Positions 9,187 to 18,584 of a DNA stretch of 64,000 nt are shown here, piece by piece. The notes beneath the pieces are model-generated. The model was not told where the DNA came from, searched no databases, and worked only from the letters and a program-made list of their open reading frames with translations. How positions within the stretch are numbered: the stretch's first letter is position 1; every line of letters begins with the position of its first letter. This DNA comes from Lachnospiraceae bacterium (GTDB lineage Bacteria > Bacillota > Clostridia > Lachnospirales > Lachnospiraceae), in NCBI GenBank assembly GCA_022510585.1, contig JAFLTF010000004.1, positions 508 to 64,507 on the forward strand. Direction: 5' to 3'. The translations under genes were made by a program, and so were the position numbers.

Positions 9187-9981
9187 ATGTCTATGCTACC
9201 CGGTGTTTATGCGGCAAAAAAGAAAAACGGAAGCCTTTACTATCGCGCTTCTTTAACTTATCGCGCAAAGCATATCAGTCTGGGCAGTTTTGATACTATG
9301 GAAACGGCCCACTCAGCCTACCAGCTTGCAGGACGCATACTGGAGGATGCTGCTATCGGCATAACCGATTATCACGAAGATTCCGTTCTTTTGTTTGAAA
9401 AATGGGTTTCTCTGATCAACTATAGAGATAATGGCATCTATTTTCCCAATCCGATTTATATCCGTCCTACTTTTTTTTATTACTATTTTTCCCCATCTCT
9501 TTTTTTTATTTTTGACAAGGATGATCTGTTTTATTATGCAACCCGTAAAATTTCCTGCCGCGGCGGGCATTACTTTGTTGCCGATTACGGTATGCAGGTC
9601 AATATCATGAACCGCTACGGAATCAAAAACTACGCTGTACTGAACAAAGATTATCGGTTTATCAATGGGAACACTCACGATTTTCGCTATGAAAATATAG
9701 AGATCCTTAATATTTACAATGGTGTATCTTCATTTTACCGAAAAGGAAAAATATACTATAAGACCAAGATTCATATCAAAGGCAACTACACGGTAGGCGT
9801 TTATGATACAGATATAAAAGCTGCCGTCGCCTATAATAAAGCAATAGATCTGTTAAAAAAAGCCGGCGTAAAGAAGGCTTATACTCCCAATTACATGGAA
9901 GGTATGTCACCCGCTGCCTACGCCGACCTGTATGCCTCTATTAAAATTTCTCCCAAAATCACAAACTATCTATCCGAATAA
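9187..9981 (+). CDS. Hypothetical protein with two AP2-like domains flanking a degenerate HNH-like segment
   Basis: GV..YYRASLTY...LGSFDT.E.AH.AY and GV..YYKTKIH...VGVYDT.IKAAVAYN; middle DYRFINGNTHDFRYENIE; RBS GGAG before ATG 9187. Confidence 0.7.
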   Translation: MSMLPGVYAAKKKNGSLYYRASLTYRAKHISLGSFDTMETAHSAYQLAGRILEDAAIGITDYHEDSVLLFEKWVSLINYRDNGIYFPNPIYIRPTFFYYYFSPSLFFIFDKDDLFYYATRKISCRGGHYFVADYGMQVNIMNRYGIKNYAVLNKDYRFINGNTHDFRYENIEILNIYNGVSSFYRKGKIYYKTKIHIKGNYTVGVYDTDIKAAVAYNKAIDLLKKAGVKKAYTPNYMEGMSPAAYADLYASIKISPKITNYLSE

Positions 9982-11117
9982 TTAACAAAACAGAGATTTA
10001 AGCCTACGTCTCCTTTTACCCCATTTAATACGCCTGTGGCAGTATACTGCCACATCGTATATAGATAAGGGTAATCCGGAATATCCTGATCCTCCGAAAG
10101 CCATACATCATAATCCTGTAATTTCGTTAAATCCACATTCTTGATCAACCATTCTTTGTTTCCATAAATCATCGGAATATAACCTGCCGCCTGAACTCCA
10201 CTCATAAAAGAGGCTGCGATCGTTGTTTTATCCTCTCTTGAGAGACCGTCAATTCTTGCATTATCATTCGAAATATTTTCCATATCAAAGGCTATCGGAT
10301 AACCGATATGTGCCTTGTAGGGCTCCAGATTCTGTATGACAAAGTTGGCTTCTTCAACAGCTTCTTCCTGATTGACCGCCTGCGAAAAGAAATAAACACC
10401 GATATTCAATTCCGCCTCTATTGCTGCTTCTATATTTTCCACAAACTTGTCATCCAAAGTAATCTGTCCTGTACTGTATCCTCTTGCGCCCAGACGGAGC
10501 ATAACGTAATCGACACCTGCGGATTTCATGCTCTTAAAATTAACTGAACCGTTATGCTTGGATATATCAGCACCTACAGATGAAATTTTCTTTCCGTTTT
10601 CTGTATACTTTCGCAGATTGGAAGATTCCGTCATATTGGAAAAATCGTAAGTATTCTTTTTCAGATATGGACTGATCAATACCCACTCTTCTGTGCCGTC
10701 AGCCAACCTTATCAACGTATGTTTGCCATCCGTAGAAGGATCTTCTTCCATGATTTCTTTTTCCTTATTCTGTGCGGAGACATTTTCTTTTGCTGTTTCG
10801 GTTGTTTTCCCCTGCGTGCCGGATACCTGATTTTGTGCATCTTTCTCATCTTCATCCACAGGATACATATCCCAGAAATCCAAATCTTCAGCACGCAGTT
10901 TTGCCTTCGGCTGATCTTCCGGATCTTCCGGCGTAACAACATCTTGCTGCTGTTGCTGTTGCAGGGCATTTTGCATATATTCACTGCCGCTGTTATCCTT
11001 TTTATTGTTTTTCATTACGGCAAGCAGCATTACCAATATAAAAGCAGATACCCCAATTATCATATATATGAGAGAAATTCCCATCGGTTTTTGGTTTTCT
11101 TCACCCGGTAGTTTCAT
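9966..11117 (-). CDS. Membrane-anchored glycoside hydrolase family 25 (lysozyme-like)
   Basis: GADISKHNG, VMLRLGARGY, GVYFFSQA, AFDME (DxE), MWQYT..G; N-terminal TM and Q/E-rich linker. Confidence 0.9.
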   Translation of the reverse strand: MKLPGEENQKPMGISLIYMIIGVSAFILVMLLAVMKNNKKDNSGSEYMQNALQQQQQQDVVTPEDPEDQPKAKLRAEDLDFWDMYPVDEDEKDAQNQVSGTQGKTTETAKENVSAQNKEKEIMEEDPSTDGKHTLIRLADGTEEWVLISPYLKKNTYDFSNMTESSNLRKYTENGKKISSVGADISKHNGSVNFKSMKSAGVDYVMLRLGARGYSTGQITLDDKFVENIEAAIEAELNIGVYFFSQAVNQEEAVEEANFVIQNLEPYKAHIGYPIAFDMENISNDNARIDGLSREDKTTIAASFMSGVQAAGYIPMIYGNKEWLIKNVDLTKLQDYDVWLSEDQDIPDYPYLYTMWQYTATGVLNGVKGDVGLNLCFVNYSDR

Positions 11118-11291
11118 TCCGATTCCTATCCCTTTCTTTGGTCACACTCTTATTTCACATTAATCTAGTATATTATCAAATGAATCTATGGAAATAAATT
11201 GTGGCAGCTATTATAATATAGATAAAATAAATCATATTTCTTCAACTGCTAATAATCTATATTAGAATATTTCAAATTATTTTATCATGAT

Positions 11292-12338
11292 TTGAACAAA
11301 TTGACAACTTGGGTGAAAATGGAAAGATTGAAAAGAATTTTTAAAATACAAACCAAACAACTGATCTGTATTTCTTTACTTGTTTCTTCTGTTCTTCTTC
11401 TGGGTGGCTGCGGCACTTCGAAGGAACCGGTTTCCCAGACCGGCTTTTATTTTGACACAATAGTTCAGATTACCGTTTATGATGAGACAGATGTCAGCTG
11501 TTTGGAAAATTGTCTGAAATTAGCGGACAAATATGAAAAAATGTTCAGTCATACAATAGAGGGTTCCGATATCTGGAAAATCAATCATAGCAATGGCCGG
11601 CCTGTAACTGTTTCCGACGAAACAATTCAATTATTGGAAATTGCCCTCTCTTATTGTGATATGACGCAGGGCCGCATTGATATCACAATCGAGACAGCCA
11701 GTGAACTTTGGAATTTTCATGGGGATGGCTCTTTGGATTCAGGAAAAATACCCGATGAAAAGGCAACTGCAGAGGCAGTCAGTCATGTAGATTATCATAA
11801 CCTTCTCATTGATGGAAATACGGTTACCTTAGCGGATGCAGACGCATCGATCAGCCTCGGCTTTATCGCGAAAGGGTATATCGCGGATAAAATAAAGGAA
11901 TATCTGCTGTCCCAAAATGTTCAAAGCGCAATCATCAATCTGGGAGGCAATCTGCTGGCTGTGGGTTCCAAACCTGACGGCACGCCCTTTCAATTTGGTA
12001 TACAAAAGCCTTTTGATACACAGGGAACTCCGATCACCGTACTTTCCGTTTCCGATAAATCCGCTGTTTCTTCAGGAGTTTATGAACGTTATTTTTATCA
12101 GGATGATATCCTGTACCATCATATCCTGAATCCCGCTGACGGATATCCGCTACAGAACAATCTGCTTGGTGTTACGGTCCTCTCGGCTTCCTCCACAGCA
12201 GGGGATGCGCTCTCTACCAGCTGCTTTGTACTGGGGCTTGATGAGGGAATGGAACTTATTGAATCCCTGGAAGATGTAGAGGCAATTTTTATCACAGAGG
12301 ATTATCGTCTGCACTATTCGAGTGGATTAGAACAATAG
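11292..12338 (+). CDS. apbE: FAD:protein FMN transferase (ApbE family lipoprotein)
   Basis: Lipobox LGGC, LGFIAKGYIAD, INLGGN, SSGVYERY, YHHILNP..GYP, DALST. Confidence 0.92.
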   Translation: MNKLTTWVKMERLKRIFKIQTKQLICISLLVSSVLLLGGCGTSKEPVSQTGFYFDTIVQITVYDETDVSCLENCLKLADKYEKMFSHTIEGSDIWKINHSNGRPVTVSDETIQLLEIALSYCDMTQGRIDITIETASELWNFHGDGSLDSGKIPDEKATAEAVSHVDYHNLLIDGNTVTLADADASISLGFIAKGYIADKIKEYLLSQNVQSAIINLGGNLLAVGSKPDGTPFQFGIQKPFDTQGTPITVLSVSDKSAVSSGVYERYFYQDDILYHHILNPADGYPLQNNLLGVTVLSASSTAGDALSTSCFVLGLDEGMELIESLEDVEAIFITEDYRLHYSSGLEQ

Positions 12339-12355
12339 TGTTGAATAAGTCCTCT

Positions 12356-13390
12356 CTACACCTGCACCTTCCCGGCAAGCACATTCTTATAATCTTCCAG
12401 ATTCTTCTCAAGCAGCGTCGGCGTATCCAGTCCATACGGGCATTTACTCTTACACTTGTTACAATGGAGACAGTTTTCTATCTTCATCATCATTTCCTGT
12501 CCGCCCTCACTTAGATGTCCGGCAGAAGGCGAACGGCGAAGCAGCAGGGACATTCTCGCACAGGTATTGATTTCGATTCCTGCCGGACAAGGCATACAAT
12601 ATCCACAGCCTCTGCAGAACTCACCCAAAAGTTCTTCCCTGTCATGCTCGATCACTGCCGCAATCTCTTCATTCATAACCGGCGGATTCTCAATATAGGA
12701 AAGAAATTCATCCAACTCTTTTTCACGCTGAACACCCCAGATCGGCAGTACGTTATCATACTGTGCCAGATAGGCATAGGCTGCCGCAGAATTGGTGATC
12801 AATCCACCGGATAATGCTTTCATTGCTACAAATCCCATGTCTCTTTCTTTACATTTCTCAACCAGTTCAATATCCTTCTGCGTTGCAAGATAACAGAACG
12901 GAAACTGCAGAGTTTCATAGAGACCGCTGTCCACCGCTTCATTTGCAACAGCAAGTCTGTGATTTGTGATACCGATATGTCTGATTTTCCCCTGCTCTTT
13001 TGCCTCTAAAATGGCATCATAGAGTCCGCTTTCGTCTCCCGGTCTCGGACAAAAAGAGGGATTATGAAACTGATACACATCTATATAATCGGTCTGCAGG
13101 TTGGTTAGGCTGGTTTCCAGGTCTTTCCAAAAACCATCCGCATCAATTGCTCCGGTTTTAGTTGCGATCCAGACTTTTTCCCGCATCCCTTGGAAAGCAA
13201 GTCCGATTTTATGCTCGCTGTCCGTATACCACCTCGCGGTATCAAAATAGGTAATACCGTTATCATAAGCTTTCTTCAGCAAATAAACGGCATCCTCATC
13301 CGAAATTCTCTGAATCGGCAAAGCGCCAAATCCGTTTTTATTCGTCACGATCTCCGTCCTGCCAAGTCTAACTGTCTCCATATATTTCAT
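12356..13390 (-). CDS. Aldo/keto reductase with C-terminal 4Fe-4S dicluster
   Basis: GFGALPIQR, YFDTARWY, IATK, DYIDVYQFH; CRGCGYCMPCP and CLHCNKCKSKCP. Confidence 0.9.
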   Translation of the reverse strand: MKYMETVRLGRTEIVTNKNGFGALPIQRISDEDAVYLLKKAYDNGITYFDTARWYTDSEHKIGLAFQGMREKVWIATKTGAIDADGFWKDLETSLTNLQTDYIDVYQFHNPSFCPRPGDESGLYDAILEAKEQGKIRHIGITNHRLAVANEAVDSGLYETLQFPFCYLATQKDIELVEKCKERDMGFVAMKALSGGLITNSAAAYAYLAQYDNVLPIWGVQREKELDEFLSYIENPPVMNEEIAAVIEHDREELLGEFCRGCGYCMPCPAGIEINTCARMSLLLRRSPSAGHLSEGGQEMMMKIENCLHCNKCKSKCPYGLDTPTLLEKNLEDYKNVLAGKVQV

Positions 13391-13415
13391 CCTCTCATCT
13401 TATATGAATGTTTCT

Positions 13416-14207
13416 TTACACAATCGCCTTCTTCGGGCATTTCTCCTTGCAAGTTCCGCATCCGGTACATTTCTCCTGATCAATTGTCGCATTGAATTCC
13501 TCAATCACGATTGCATCTGCCGGACAATTCTTCTTACAGAGCTGGCAGCCGATACACCCCACTTCACAGCCTTTCATGGTAACCGGTCCTTTATCATGAG
13601 AGCTGCACGCTACTACATACTTTGCTTCATAAGGAATCAATGTAATCAGTTTCTTCGGACAAACCGCAACACATTTTCCGCAAGCCTTACACGATTCTTT
13701 GTCTACGACTGCGATTCCGTTTATGATATGTATGGCATCAAAAGGACATTCCTTCACACAGCTTCCAAAGCCAAGGCATCCGTAATTACAGGTTTTGGCG
13801 CCACCGTTTGGCACAAAAGAAAGCATCCTGCAATCTTCAATTCCGTAATATTCATAATCCGACTTCGTTTTGTCACAATCTCCCTGACATTGCACGAAAG
13901 CTACCTGTCTCACACTGTCCGAAGCTTCAACACCCATGATCTCGGCAATCTGTTTTCCAACCTTTTCACCGCCTACCGGACAGGCGTTAACAGCCGCTTC
14001 CCCTTTCGCAATAGCCGCCGCCAGATTAGAGCAGCCTGCATAACCGCAGCCGCCGCAGTTATTTCCGGGAAGCACTCCCAGCACTGCCTCTTCTTTTTCA
14101 TCTACTTCCACTTTGAAATTAATTGCTGCAACGCCAAGAAACAGTCCGACGAAAAGTCCGACGCCTCCGACGATCACTGTCGCAACCAAAATTCCGGTCA
14201 TTTCCAT
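13416..14207 (-). CDS. rnfB: Rnf complex subunit B
   Basis: N-terminal TM, LPGNNCGGCGYAGC, several CxxCxxCxxxCP ferredoxin motifs. Confidence 0.93.
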   Translation of the reverse strand: MEMTGILVATVIVGGVGLFVGLFLGVAAINFKVEVDEKEEAVLGVLPGNNCGGCGYAGCSNLAAAIAKGEAAVNACPVGGEKVGKQIAEIMGVEASDSVRQVAFVQCQGDCDKTKSDYEYYGIEDCRMLSFVPNGGAKTCNYGCLGFGSCVKECPFDAIHIINGIAVVDKESCKACGKCVAVCPKKLITLIPYEAKYVVACSSHDKGPVTMKGCEVGCIGCQLCKKNCPADAIVIEEFNATIDQEKCTGCGTCKEKCPKKAIV

Positions 14208-14222
14208 ACTACCCCTCCATCT

Positions 14223-14810
14223 CTACAACAATCCCGAAAAGCCGCAGAAGGCAATTGCCATAAGTCCTGCCGTTACAAGAACGATCGGCATTCCCTTAAA
14301 GGATTCCGGTATATCATTATATTCCATCTTTTCCCTGATTCCTGCCAGAATAATGATGGAAATAGTGAAACCTACAGCTGTTGCAAAACCATTTACAACA
14401 CCTTCCAGAATTCCATATTCTTTTTGTACATTTGTCAGTGCTACTCCGAGTACGGCACAGTTCGTTGTAATCAAGGGAAGGTACACTCCCAAAGATTCAT
14501 AAAGGGAAGGAATGTATTTCTTCAAAAACATCTCTACAAACTGTACCAAAGCAGCAATGACAAGAATAAACACGATCGTTTGCAAATAAGTGATATCAAG
14601 CGGTACCAAAACATATTTGTAAATAACTCCCGCCACAGCAGACGCCAGTGTTATGACAAAGATAACCGCCACTCCCATGCCGCTTGCCGTATTGGTCTTC
14701 CTGGAAACTCCCAGGAACGGACACAATCCTAAAAACTGGCTAAGTACAACATTACTGACAAGAGAGGAACTGATCATAATAATAAGCAATTCTTTAAGCA
14801 TTGGTTTCAT
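14223..14810 (-). CDS. rnfA: Rnf complex subunit A
   Basis: NVVLSQFLGLCPFLGVS, LPLITTNCAVLG. Confidence 0.95.
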   Translation of the reverse strand: MKPMLKELLIIMISSSLVSNVVLSQFLGLCPFLGVSRKTNTASGMGVAVIFVITLASAVAGVIYKYVLVPLDITYLQTIVFILVIAALVQFVEMFLKKYIPSLYESLGVYLPLITTNCAVLGVALTNVQKEYGILEGVVNGFATAVGFTISIIILAGIREKMEYNDIPESFKGMPIVLVTAGLMAIAFCGFSGLL

Positions 14811-15543
14811 CCTCCTCTCCGTTTATCTTCTTTGATTCGGGATTCTGTGCTTTTTCATCATAAAAACGCTTCGTGCACGCCGTATCTGAGCAGTTGAGAC
14901 AATCATTGCCGCATCCAGACTGTATCTTGGACATATCTTTCCCCTTCTTCTCACCGGCAATTTTGACCTTATTCTGAATAGCAGTCAACGCCGCCAAGAC
15001 AAAGAAGGCTCCCGGTGCCATAATAAAGATTGTACAGGGAATATAACTATCCGGTAGAATGGAGATACCAAACAAGGTTCCTGCTCCGATCAACTCTCTT
15101 ACCGCGCCGATGCAGGTAAGGGCAAAAGAAAAACCAAGACCCATACCGATTCCGTCAAATAAGGAAACTAACACCGGATTTTTGGAAGCAAAACTCTCCG
15201 CACGCCCCAAAATGATACAGTTGACCACGATCAATGGAATATAGATTCCAAGCGCATCATACAAGGTCGGGATGAATCCCTCTAATAACAACTCTACCAT
15301 TGTCACAAAAGATGCAATTACAACGATAAAAGCCGGAATCCTGACTTTACCGGGAATAATATTCCGAAGCAGGGAAATAAAGGTATTGCTGAGCGCCAGC
15401 ACAACCATAGTCGTAAGTCCCATGCCCAGACCATTGATTGCGGAAGTAGTAACCGCAAGAGTCGGACACATACCAAGCATCAATACAAAAGTGGGATTCT
15501 CTTTGATCAGTCCGTTAAGCAGACGTTCTTTTACACTATTCAT
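14794..15543 (-). CDS. rnfE: Rnf complex subunit E
   Basis: ENPTFVLMLGMCPTLAVT, IPLIVVNCIILGRAESFA, APGAF. Confidence 0.95.
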   Translation of the reverse strand: MNSVKERLLNGLIKENPTFVLMLGMCPTLAVTTSAINGLGMGLTTMVVLALSNTFISLLRNIIPGKVRIPAFIVVIASFVTMVELLLEGFIPTLYDALGIYIPLIVVNCIILGRAESFASKNPVLVSLFDGIGMGLGFSFALTCIGAVRELIGAGTLFGISILPDSYIPCTIFIMAPGAFFVLAALTAIQNKVKIAGEKKGKDMSKIQSGCGNDCLNCSDTACTKRFYDEKAQNPESKKINGEEDETNA

Positions 15544-16183
15544 TTCCGCCGCCTCCCTTCAATTCCGTCTGAAAATAGTACAATCCTGCATTGACACCAT
15601 TTGTCACCGCATTCGTCGTAATCGTAGCACCGGAAATGGCATCTATCTGGTAATCAGAAATCGCTCCGAATTTTGTATATTCAAATTTTGTTGTGTTCTT
15701 GCCTGCAAACTGCGGTTTTAATACCTCTTCTGCACGCATACCAAGGCCTGCGGTTTCGGATATCTCTAAAATTGAGATTCCATTCACCGTTCCATCCTCC
15801 GTAATGCCGATGGTAAAACGAATATCTCCACCATATCCTTCTTTGGTGGTAACGGTAATGACATATCCCAATATGGTTCCCGACGCATCCTGCGCTGCCA
15901 TGATCTCATCGATTGTTTCTCCCGCAAAACCTGCATCCGCCCATTCCTGCTGATCGGGTGTATCAAGTTCCACTTCTTCAAAAGAATCTGCCTGCTCAAA
16001 AACTTCCCGATAGGCTTCCTGTTTTGCCATCTCTTTCTGCACGGCAATCGGCTCCTTTGTAATCTGATAGATCAGTCCGAGAAGCAAGCCGGAGACCAGG
16101 GTAATGACAAGTAAAATTGCTGTATCCTTAAACATGCTTGTCAAATCTGAACTCTTTTTCATACTGTTTACATTTTCGCTCAT
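15536..16183 (-). CDS. rnfG: Rnf complex subunit G
   Basis: N-terminal TM, GYGG, ETAGLG, FMN-attachment motif DAISGATIT. Confidence 0.93.
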   Translation of the reverse strand: MSENVNSMKKSSDLTSMFKDTAILLVITLVSGLLLGLIYQITKEPIAVQKEMAKQEAYREVFEQADSFEEVELDTPDQQEWADAGFAGETIDEIMAAQDASGTILGYVITVTTKEGYGGDIRFTIGITEDGTVNGISILEISETAGLGMRAEEVLKPQFAGKNTTKFEYTKFGAISDYQIDAISGATITTNAVTNGVNAGLYYFQTELKGGGGNE

Positions 16184-17112
16184 GCCTTTGCTCCTCCTTT
16201 CCCAAATGCTTTCGGAAGAGTTGCTTTCTCAATCAAAGGAACCAAAAGGTTACCAAGTATGATCGCATAAGATACTCCTTCCGCAGAGGCTCCAAAGATA
16301 CGGAAAATACCGGTCAAAACGCCAAGCAGCACCCCGTATACATATTGTCCCTTTATCGTAATCGGTCTGGTAACATAATCCGTTGCCATAAAGAAAGCGC
16401 CGAGCATCAGTCCACCGCCGGCCAAATGCGCCGAAATATAAGCAAAATCAAATCCACGGCCGCCAAAGATACTGATAAATATCACAAAACTTACTATGTA
16501 ACTTCCGGGGATCCTAAGATCTATGACTCCCAACAAAATCAGGAAGCATGCACCGATCACAATTGCAATCATAGAAGTCTCGCCAATGGTTCCCGCAGTC
16601 CTGCCGATCACCATATTGAGAACATCTACGTGCTCTCCGTTCTTCAGATTTGCAAGCGGCGTTGCTCCCGTATAGGCATCACATTCAAAATTCGTCATTA
16701 TGGAGGTAAAAGAAATCAGAAGAAAACATCTTGCCCCCAGAGCCGGATTCATAAAATTCTGCCCCAAACCGCCAAACAGCATCTTCACTACCAGAATCGC
16801 AAAAATACCGCCAATCATTCCAATCCACCAAGGTGCGGAAGGCGGCAGGTTCATCGCCAGAAGCATTCCTGTAACGATTGCCGAATAATCTCCTATGGTA
16901 GTCTTTTTACCAAGAATTTTCTCAAATATATATTCTGTAAGAACAGTGGATAGAACCGTCACCAGAATCAAAATCAGCGCATCGGTCCCAAAATTATAGA
17001 TACCAAATCCAGCCGCCGGAAGCAGTGCAATCACAACCGCAAGCATAATGCTGCTTGTAGATGATTTGGATCTAATATGGGGATTGGATGATACTTTCAT
17101 CAAACCACTCAT
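16180..17112 (-). CDS. rnfD: Rnf complex subunit D
   Basis: SSNPHI, FGGLGQNFMNPAL, DAYTGATPL (FMN site), GAFFMATD. Confidence 0.95.
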   Translation of the reverse strand: MSGLMKVSSNPHIRSKSSTSSIMLAVVIALLPAAGFGIYNFGTDALILILVTVLSTVLTEYIFEKILGKKTTIGDYSAIVTGMLLAMNLPPSAPWWIGMIGGIFAILVVKMLFGGLGQNFMNPALGARCFLLISFTSIMTNFECDAYTGATPLANLKNGEHVDVLNMVIGRTAGTIGETSMIAIVIGACFLILLGVIDLRIPGSYIVSFVIFISIFGGRGFDFAYISAHLAGGGLMLGAFFMATDYVTRPITIKGQYVYGVLLGVLTGIFRIFGASAEGVSYAIILGNLLVPLIEKATLPKAFGKGGAKA

Positions 17113-17130
17113 TTTACACGATACTCCTTT

Positions 17131-18453
17131 CTATTTTGCACTTTTCTTCTTTGCAAGCTGCATCTTCCGCATAGACTTGATCATCTGTGTCAATGGTCTC
17201 TTGGCCGGACAGATAAAGCTGCAACAGCCGCATTCACAACATTCCATACCATCATGGGAAAGAAATGCCTCTTCATTATAATTTTGTGCATAATCGGCAA
17301 GCAGCCGGGGAACTACACGACCCGGACATACTTCTACACATCTTCCACAGTTGATGCAGGGTCCTTCTTCCATTTCGGAAACGGCATCCTGTGTCAGGCA
17401 AAGAAGTGCTGATGCGGTCTTTGTTGTCGGCACATCCAGATCAAAGATAGCAAATCCCATCATCGGACCGCCGGAAACGATTTTCACAGGCTCTTTCTGA
17501 AATCCACCAGCTTCTTCAACCAGTTCATGATAATTAGTACCGATTCTGACAATAAAGTTTTGGGGCTCTGCAATCGCATCTCCCGTGACTGTCACAATAC
17601 GGTGCATCAAGGGTTTTCCTTCAATGACCGCATGATAAATAGCAACGATCGTATCCACATTATTGACCACACAACCCACATCCGCCGGCAGCATTGAGGA
17701 ATTGATCTTCCTTCCGGTAGTAGCAAAGATCAGCTGTCTTTCCGCTCCCTGCGGGTATTTCGTTCGAAGTGTCTTCACACTGATTCTGGGTTCATCCTTA
17801 ACCAAATTCTTCAATATTTCAATACAGTCCGGTTTATTATCTTCTACTGCAAGGATCCCCTTGGCATTATCGAACAATTTCAGAGAAACTTTCAATCCTT
17901 CCACCAGTTTTTCCGGTTCTTCCAGCATTCTTCTGTAATCTGAAGTCAGATAGGGTTCACATTCCGCACAATTCGCTATGACAAAATCAATTTTATCAGG
18001 CTCCTTGGGGGAAAGCTTGATAAATGTAGGAAATCCGGCGCCGCCCATTCCGACGATCCCCGCCTCTTTAATCCGCTCTATGATTTCTTCTTTTGTCATC
18101 TCATCTAACGGTTTTACCGGTTCATATTCAACTTCTTCATACTTTTCATCATTTTCGATGATAATGCTCATTACGTTATCGCCGGTCACGACACGTCGCG
18201 GCTCAATTGCTTTTACCGTTCCCGAAACAGTTGCATAAATCGGTGCAGATACAAAAGCGCCCGCTTCCGCAATTTTTTGTCCTGTCAGCACATGATCCCC
18301 TTTGTTTACAATCGGTTTTGCCAAAGCTCCGATATGCTGAGATAAAGGATAGACCAACTCGCCTTTTGGCAACACGGTTTTAATGGGCTTATCTTTGGAT
18401 AAATCTTTCCCATCATATGGATGAATTCCACCCACGAATGTTAATTTTGCCAT
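17131..18453 (-). CDS. rnfC: Rnf complex subunit C
   Basis: GGIHP, LSQHIGA, AGIVGMGGAGFPT, NCAECEPYLTSD, KYPQGAE, GGPMMG, two Fe-S motifs. Confidence 0.96.
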   Translation of the reverse strand: MAKLTFVGGIHPYDGKDLSKDKPIKTVLPKGELVYPLSQHIGALAKPIVNKGDHVLTGQKIAEAGAFVSAPIYATVSGTVKAIEPRRVVTGDNVMSIIIENDEKYEEVEYEPVKPLDEMTKEEIIERIKEAGIVGMGGAGFPTFIKLSPKEPDKIDFVIANCAECEPYLTSDYRRMLEEPEKLVEGLKVSLKLFDNAKGILAVEDNKPDCIEILKNLVKDEPRISVKTLRTKYPQGAERQLIFATTGRKINSSMLPADVGCVVNNVDTIVAIYHAVIEGKPLMHRIVTVTGDAIAEPQNFIVRIGTNYHELVEEAGGFQKEPVKIVSGGPMMGFAIFDLDVPTTKTASALLCLTQDAVSEMEEGPCINCGRCVEVCPGRVVPRLLADYAQNYNEEAFLSHDGMECCECGCCSFICPAKRPLTQMIKSMRKMQLAKKKSAK

Positions 18454-18584
18454 TCCCTGTCCTTCTTTCTTTCATTCTATGCGTATATTATAAATATACT
18501 ATTTTTCGACGAAAAAAACTACTGCTAATTCAAAAAATATGTTATGATATTTTCAGATTATTAGTGAGCGAGGTGTCGACACAT

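Noticed and set aside
8436-11117. Prophage lysis remnant (two hydrolases plus an HNH-AP2-like gene)
   Set aside because: Both hydrolases have N-terminal membrane or signal segments typical of host enzymes; no holin, structural or integrase genes nearby
13404-14732. 442-aa plus-strand ORF
   Set aside because: Fully antisense to clear rnfB and rnfA genes, with no recognisable motifs
16138-16953. 271-aa plus-strand ORF
   Set aside because: Antisense shadow of rnfD
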